In this document: piece by piece, positions 61,067 through 64,000 of the stretch
Numbering within the stretch: position 1 is the stretch's first letter
Layout: every line of letters begins with the position of its first letter
NCBI GenBank assembly: GCA_009926935.1
Contig: RFNZ01000004.1
Span: 21,104 to 85,103 of the forward strand
Reading direction: 5' to 3'
From: Pseudomonadota bacterium
GTDB taxonomy: Bacteria > Pseudomonadota > Alphaproteobacteria > Micavibrionales > UBA1664
Length of the DNA: 64,000 nucleotides
The notes under the pieces: model-generated
The model's input: only the letters and a program-made list of their open reading frames with translations
What the model was told of the DNA's origin: nothing
The model's database searches: none
Made by a program: the position numbers and the translations under genes

Positions 61067-62515
61067 GTGAATCCGATGGCCGAACAGAAAAAAGCCGAAG
61101 CGGCGGCAGATGACAAGAGCATCAATGAATTGCTCAAAGAATATGCTGATGACGTAAAAGACAAAGACCTCGATGATTTTCTCAAAAGTGACGATGACGC
61201 TTTTGAATCGGATGATTCTGAAACGTCGGACGAAGATAAGTCTGAAGATACCGAGGAAAACGCGCCCAAAAAATCGGGGGGATTGCTGACAGGCCTTCTG
61301 CTGCTGGTTGTTTTCGCGGTCGCCGGTGCCGGCACCTACATTTACCTCAATCGTGATTCTGGCATGACAGCCATCATGGGTGGATTTATGGGCGGTGAGG
61401 AGCAGGTCGCCGATACGCTCGAACCCGTGCAGCCTCAAACAACAGCTCTTTCTCCAGATCTTGAGCCGCAGCTTCCCACACCTACGATGGATGCGGCCCC
61501 CCAGCCAACCGATCTACCCTCACAGCCTTTACCAATAGCCAACGAGGCATCGGCACCGCCAATGCCCATGGCAACACAGCCATCTAGCGAGGAGCCGCCC
61601 GCAGCTGAACTTTTAACGGCTGAGCCCGCTGTACCGCAACCCGCAGCACCAGTAGAGGCACCAGTCGCCGAAGCTTCGCCAGCAGCACCTGTAGCAGCAG
61701 CTACTGATGCCGCAAAAGCGGTTGATGCTTGGGCTTCAGGCGCCGAAAGCTCACCTATGATGCCGGCTGCCGATTTGCCGGTGCAGCCCGTTGAAGAGGT
61801 TAAGGCACAGCCTGTCAAAGCAGCCCCCAAACAGGAGGCTGCTCCCAAAAAAGCTCAAGCTCAGGCACCATCTGCTGATGATGCACTGCCTCCACCCTAT
61901 GTTGCCATTCAGGGCAACAAGGGCGGCGCCAGTGCCGTATCAACGGCCACAAAGGCCAAAATGCAGCCGGTTGTTGAGGGCAGCAGCAAATCAGCCCGTA
62001 ACGCAAATGAAGCGGATGTAACAAGCGCGACCGGTGACTACCGCACCATGGTCATGCAGGGCGGCGGCAAAATTGAAATCGCCGGTAGCAAAACAACCAT
62101 CATGCCGGCAGGTATGGCACCAGCTACGGATGCAGTAGTACCTGCAGGCGTATCAGCCCGTCCTGAAAACGCACCAAATCGTCTTGCGATTGCAGGCGGA
62201 AAAAGCCTGCCTGACGGTTACACACCGCCAGTACCAATGCAGGCCGCAACGCCTGTTGTACCTCCTGCCATGGATGCCCCTGAGATCAAGGCACCCGTTG
62301 TCGAGGCTCCTGTAATGAAAGCTGTTGCGCAACCTGAAGGTGATGCAAAGGCAATGTTAGCTCAGGCATTGGCGATGGAAAAAGCAGGCAAGACAGGAGA
62401 CGCCCTTGAACTGTACCAGCGCGCCCTTGAACTTGATGCCGTGTATGGAAACGGTAAGTCCATTGACCGTGGCATGGTCTATGACCGCATAGGCGCCATC
62501 CGCGCCGGCCAGTAG
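61067..62515 (+). CDS. Bitopic membrane protein: acidic N-terminus, TM, Pro/Ala linker, C-terminal TPR-like repeat
   Basis: D/E-rich residues 1-65, TM LLTGLLLLVVFAVAGAGTYIYL, AQALAMEKAG...ALELYQRALELD. Confidence 0.7.
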   Translation: MNPMAEQKKAEAAADDKSINELLKEYADDVKDKDLDDFLKSDDDAFESDDSETSDEDKSEDTEENAPKKSGGLLTGLLLLVVFAVAGAGTYIYLNRDSGMTAIMGGFMGGEEQVADTLEPVQPQTTALSPDLEPQLPTPTMDAAPQPTDLPSQPLPIANEASAPPMPMATQPSSEEPPAAELLTAEPAVPQPAAPVEAPVAEASPAAPVAAATDAAKAVDAWASGAESSPMMPAADLPVQPVEEVKAQPVKAAPKQEAAPKKAQAQAPSADDALPPPYVAIQGNKGGASAVSTATKAKMQPVVEGSSKSARNANEADVTSATGDYRTMVMQGGGKIEIAGSKTTIMPAGMAPATDAVVPAGVSARPENAPNRLAIAGGKSLPDGYTPPVPMQAATPVVPPAMDAPEIKAPVVEAPVMKAVAQPEGDAKAMLAQALAMEKAGKTGDALELYQRALELDAVYGNGKSIDRGMVYDRIGAIRAGQ

Positions 62516-62521
62516 CGCGCA

Positions 62522-62833
62522 ATGGATGTTCTTTTAATGTATATCGAGTACAACCCGGCCTTGAAAGCCGGGTTGTTTTTTTGTCTGGGGGCATGCGTGG
62601 GCAGTTTTGTGACTGCACTGCATTACCGCATACCGCGTAAATTAAACTGGTCCACAGACCGCTCACGCTGCACTAGCTGCCACCACACGCTTGGCATACG
62701 TGACCTCGTGCCCATTGCTTCCTGGCTAGCAATGCGGGGCCACTGCCGCTACTGCGGCGCTAGCATATCGCCGCGTTATCCATTGATTGAAGTGGGGTTC
62801 GGCTTGTTATTCGCCCTTATTTCCTGCCTGTAA
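62522..62833 (+). CDS. Stand-alone prepilin peptidase N-terminal (Zn-binding) domain
   Basis: GSF...YRIP, RSRCTSC, LVPIASWLAMRGHCRYC, RYPLIE; no aspartic protease domain follows. Confidence 0.8.
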   Translation: MDVLLMYIEYNPALKAGLFFCLGACVGSFVTALHYRIPRKLNWSTDRSRCTSCHHTLGIRDLVPIASWLAMRGHCRYCGASISPRYPLIEVGFGLLFALISCL

Positions 62834-63557
62834 TGGCGCTCAGCAAATCTGGCAAAGGCAGGATGATGGTGTTCGTTTTATCGCCCGCAATATCGGTCAG
62901 CGCCGAAAGGTAGCGCAACTGCATGGATTCAGGGCGCTGCGCCAAAATGGTTGCGGCTTCATCGAGTTGTTTGGCTGCCTGCAATTCACCTTCCGCATTG
63001 ATGATTTTGGCGCGGCGTTCACGCTCGGCCTCGGCCTGGCGGGCAATCGCACGGATCATGCTTGGGTCGAGGTCAATTTGCTTGATGGCAACAGCCGTAA
63101 TTTTAATGCCCCAGCCCTCGGTCGAATGGTCAAGGAGCTCCTGAATGTCCTTGTTCAGCTGGTCGCGGTTGGAAAGCATGTTATCAAGCTCGTGATGGCC
63201 CAGAACCGAGCGGAGCGTGGTTTGGGCGATCTCTGATGTCGCCTGCATGAAATCCTCAACCTTGACGATCACGGCCGATGGATCAACGACGCGGTAATAA
63301 ACAACCGCCGAAACACGCACCGAAACGTTATCACGCGAGATAACATCCTGCGGCGGTACGTCCGTGGTGCGTACGCGGATATCAACGCGCACCATGCTCT
63401 GGATAAACGGGATAAGGATAATAAGCCCGGGGCCGGCAGTATGCGTGTAGCGACCAAGGGTAAAGATAACTGCACGTTCGTACTCGCGCATGATGCGTAC
63501 GGATGTCGCAACAAACAGCGCAAGGAAGAAGAGAAGAAGAATAAAAATTTGAATCAT
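62817..63557 (-). CDS. SPFH/stomatin-like (slipin) protein
   Basis: EYERAVIFTLGR, QDVISRDNV, AQTTLRSVLG, QAEAERERRA, QLRYL. Confidence 0.93.
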   Translation of the reverse strand: MIQIFILLLFFLALFVATSVRIMREYERAVIFTLGRYTHTAGPGLIILIPFIQSMVRVDIRVRTTDVPPQDVISRDNVSVRVSAVVYYRVVDPSAVIVKVEDFMQATSEIAQTTLRSVLGHHELDNMLSNRDQLNKDIQELLDHSTEGWGIKITAVAIKQIDLDPSMIRAIARQAEAERERRAKIINAEGELQAAKQLDEAATILAQRPESMQLRYLSALTDIAGDKTNTIILPLPDLLSAITGRK

Positions 63558-63558
63558 G

Positions 63559-63993
63559 TCAGGCGTCCTTGATCACGGTTAAAACGAGTTTGTCACGGCT
63601 TGAAATCCTGACCGTATCACCGGCCTTAAGGTCGCTTGGGCCTTGTGCGGCCCATTCCTCGCCATCAACATGCACTTGGCCGCGCCCATCCTTCCAGTCG
63701 CGCACGGTGGCGTACATGCCTACCATGGTTTCAGACCCGGCGGTCGCGCGCGTTTTCCATGCGAGGCGTACAAAATAGGCACAGGCGGCAAGTACGAGGG
63801 CCCCGATAACACCAAGCGAGGTCAGGAGAGGGCCATCGACGGCAATCCCCATAAAATGGTCCATCTCGCGCATCATCATGAGTGCCGCAAAAAAGGATGC
63901 CGCGCCACCCAGCCCCAAAAGCCCGAAAGCAGGCGTAAACGCCTCGAGCGCCATAAAAGCGAGACCAAGAACAAGGAGGATAAGTACAGTCAA
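63559..63993 (-). CDS. NfeD-family protein (TM plus OB-fold); may extend past the window edge
   Basis: EAFTPAFGLLGLGG, GQVHVDGEEWAA; the frame stays open to position 64000. Confidence 0.85.
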   Translation of the reverse strand: MTVLILLVLGLAFMALEAFTPAFGLLGLGGAASFFAALMMMREMDHFMGIAVDGPLLTSLGVIGALVLAACAYFVRLAWKTRATAGSETMVGMYATVRDWKDGRGQVHVDGEEWAAQGPSDLKAGDTVRISSRDKLVLTVIKDA

Positions 63994-64000
63994 CTCAAGC

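Noticed and set aside
62522-62833. Frameshifted full-length pilD
   Set aside because: The downstream sequence is the convergent SPFH gene; there is no room for a peptidase domain in another frame.

Overview
64 kb of an alphaproteobacterial chromosome. Evidence for the assignment: GTTC-N7-GTTC LexA boxes, olsB/olsA-like pair, 17-kDa-type surface lipoprotein, serS-pcm-nlpD-yajC-secDF and waaA-lpxK-lpxL gene orders. The many lineage-specific orphans suggest a Micavibrio-like or other host-associated lineage, which is inference only. The backbone is housekeeping (aatA, ispA/xseB, gmd/fcl, ispH-thrB-rnhA, PBP1A, mgtE, maeB, lipB, serS, secDF, lipid A genes, pdxH, fabI, aroC, trmJ, rpsD, dusB) with four tRNAs (Leu-GAG, Ile2-CAT, Arg-ACG, Arg-CCT). 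No integrase, transposase, prophage, rRNA or CRISPR array was seen. Best candidates for new biology: (1) a stand-alone divergent UG/Abi-like reverse transcriptase (YHDD, PQE) directly upstream of a DinB-like Y-family polymerase with two inverted LexA boxes, followed by two paralogous HDWYH orphans that share a 15-bp upstream motif (41.2-47.7 kb); (2) a three-gene secreted operon in which an unknown ~220-aa Cys-containing domain occurs once alone and once fused to a lysozyme-like domain, flanking a possible periplasmic inhibitor (33.3-36.0 kb); (3) a histone-H1-like AKKP protein plus phasin behind a PhaR-like operator, resembling a split PhaF. All family assignments come from motif recognition by eye; no searches were run.
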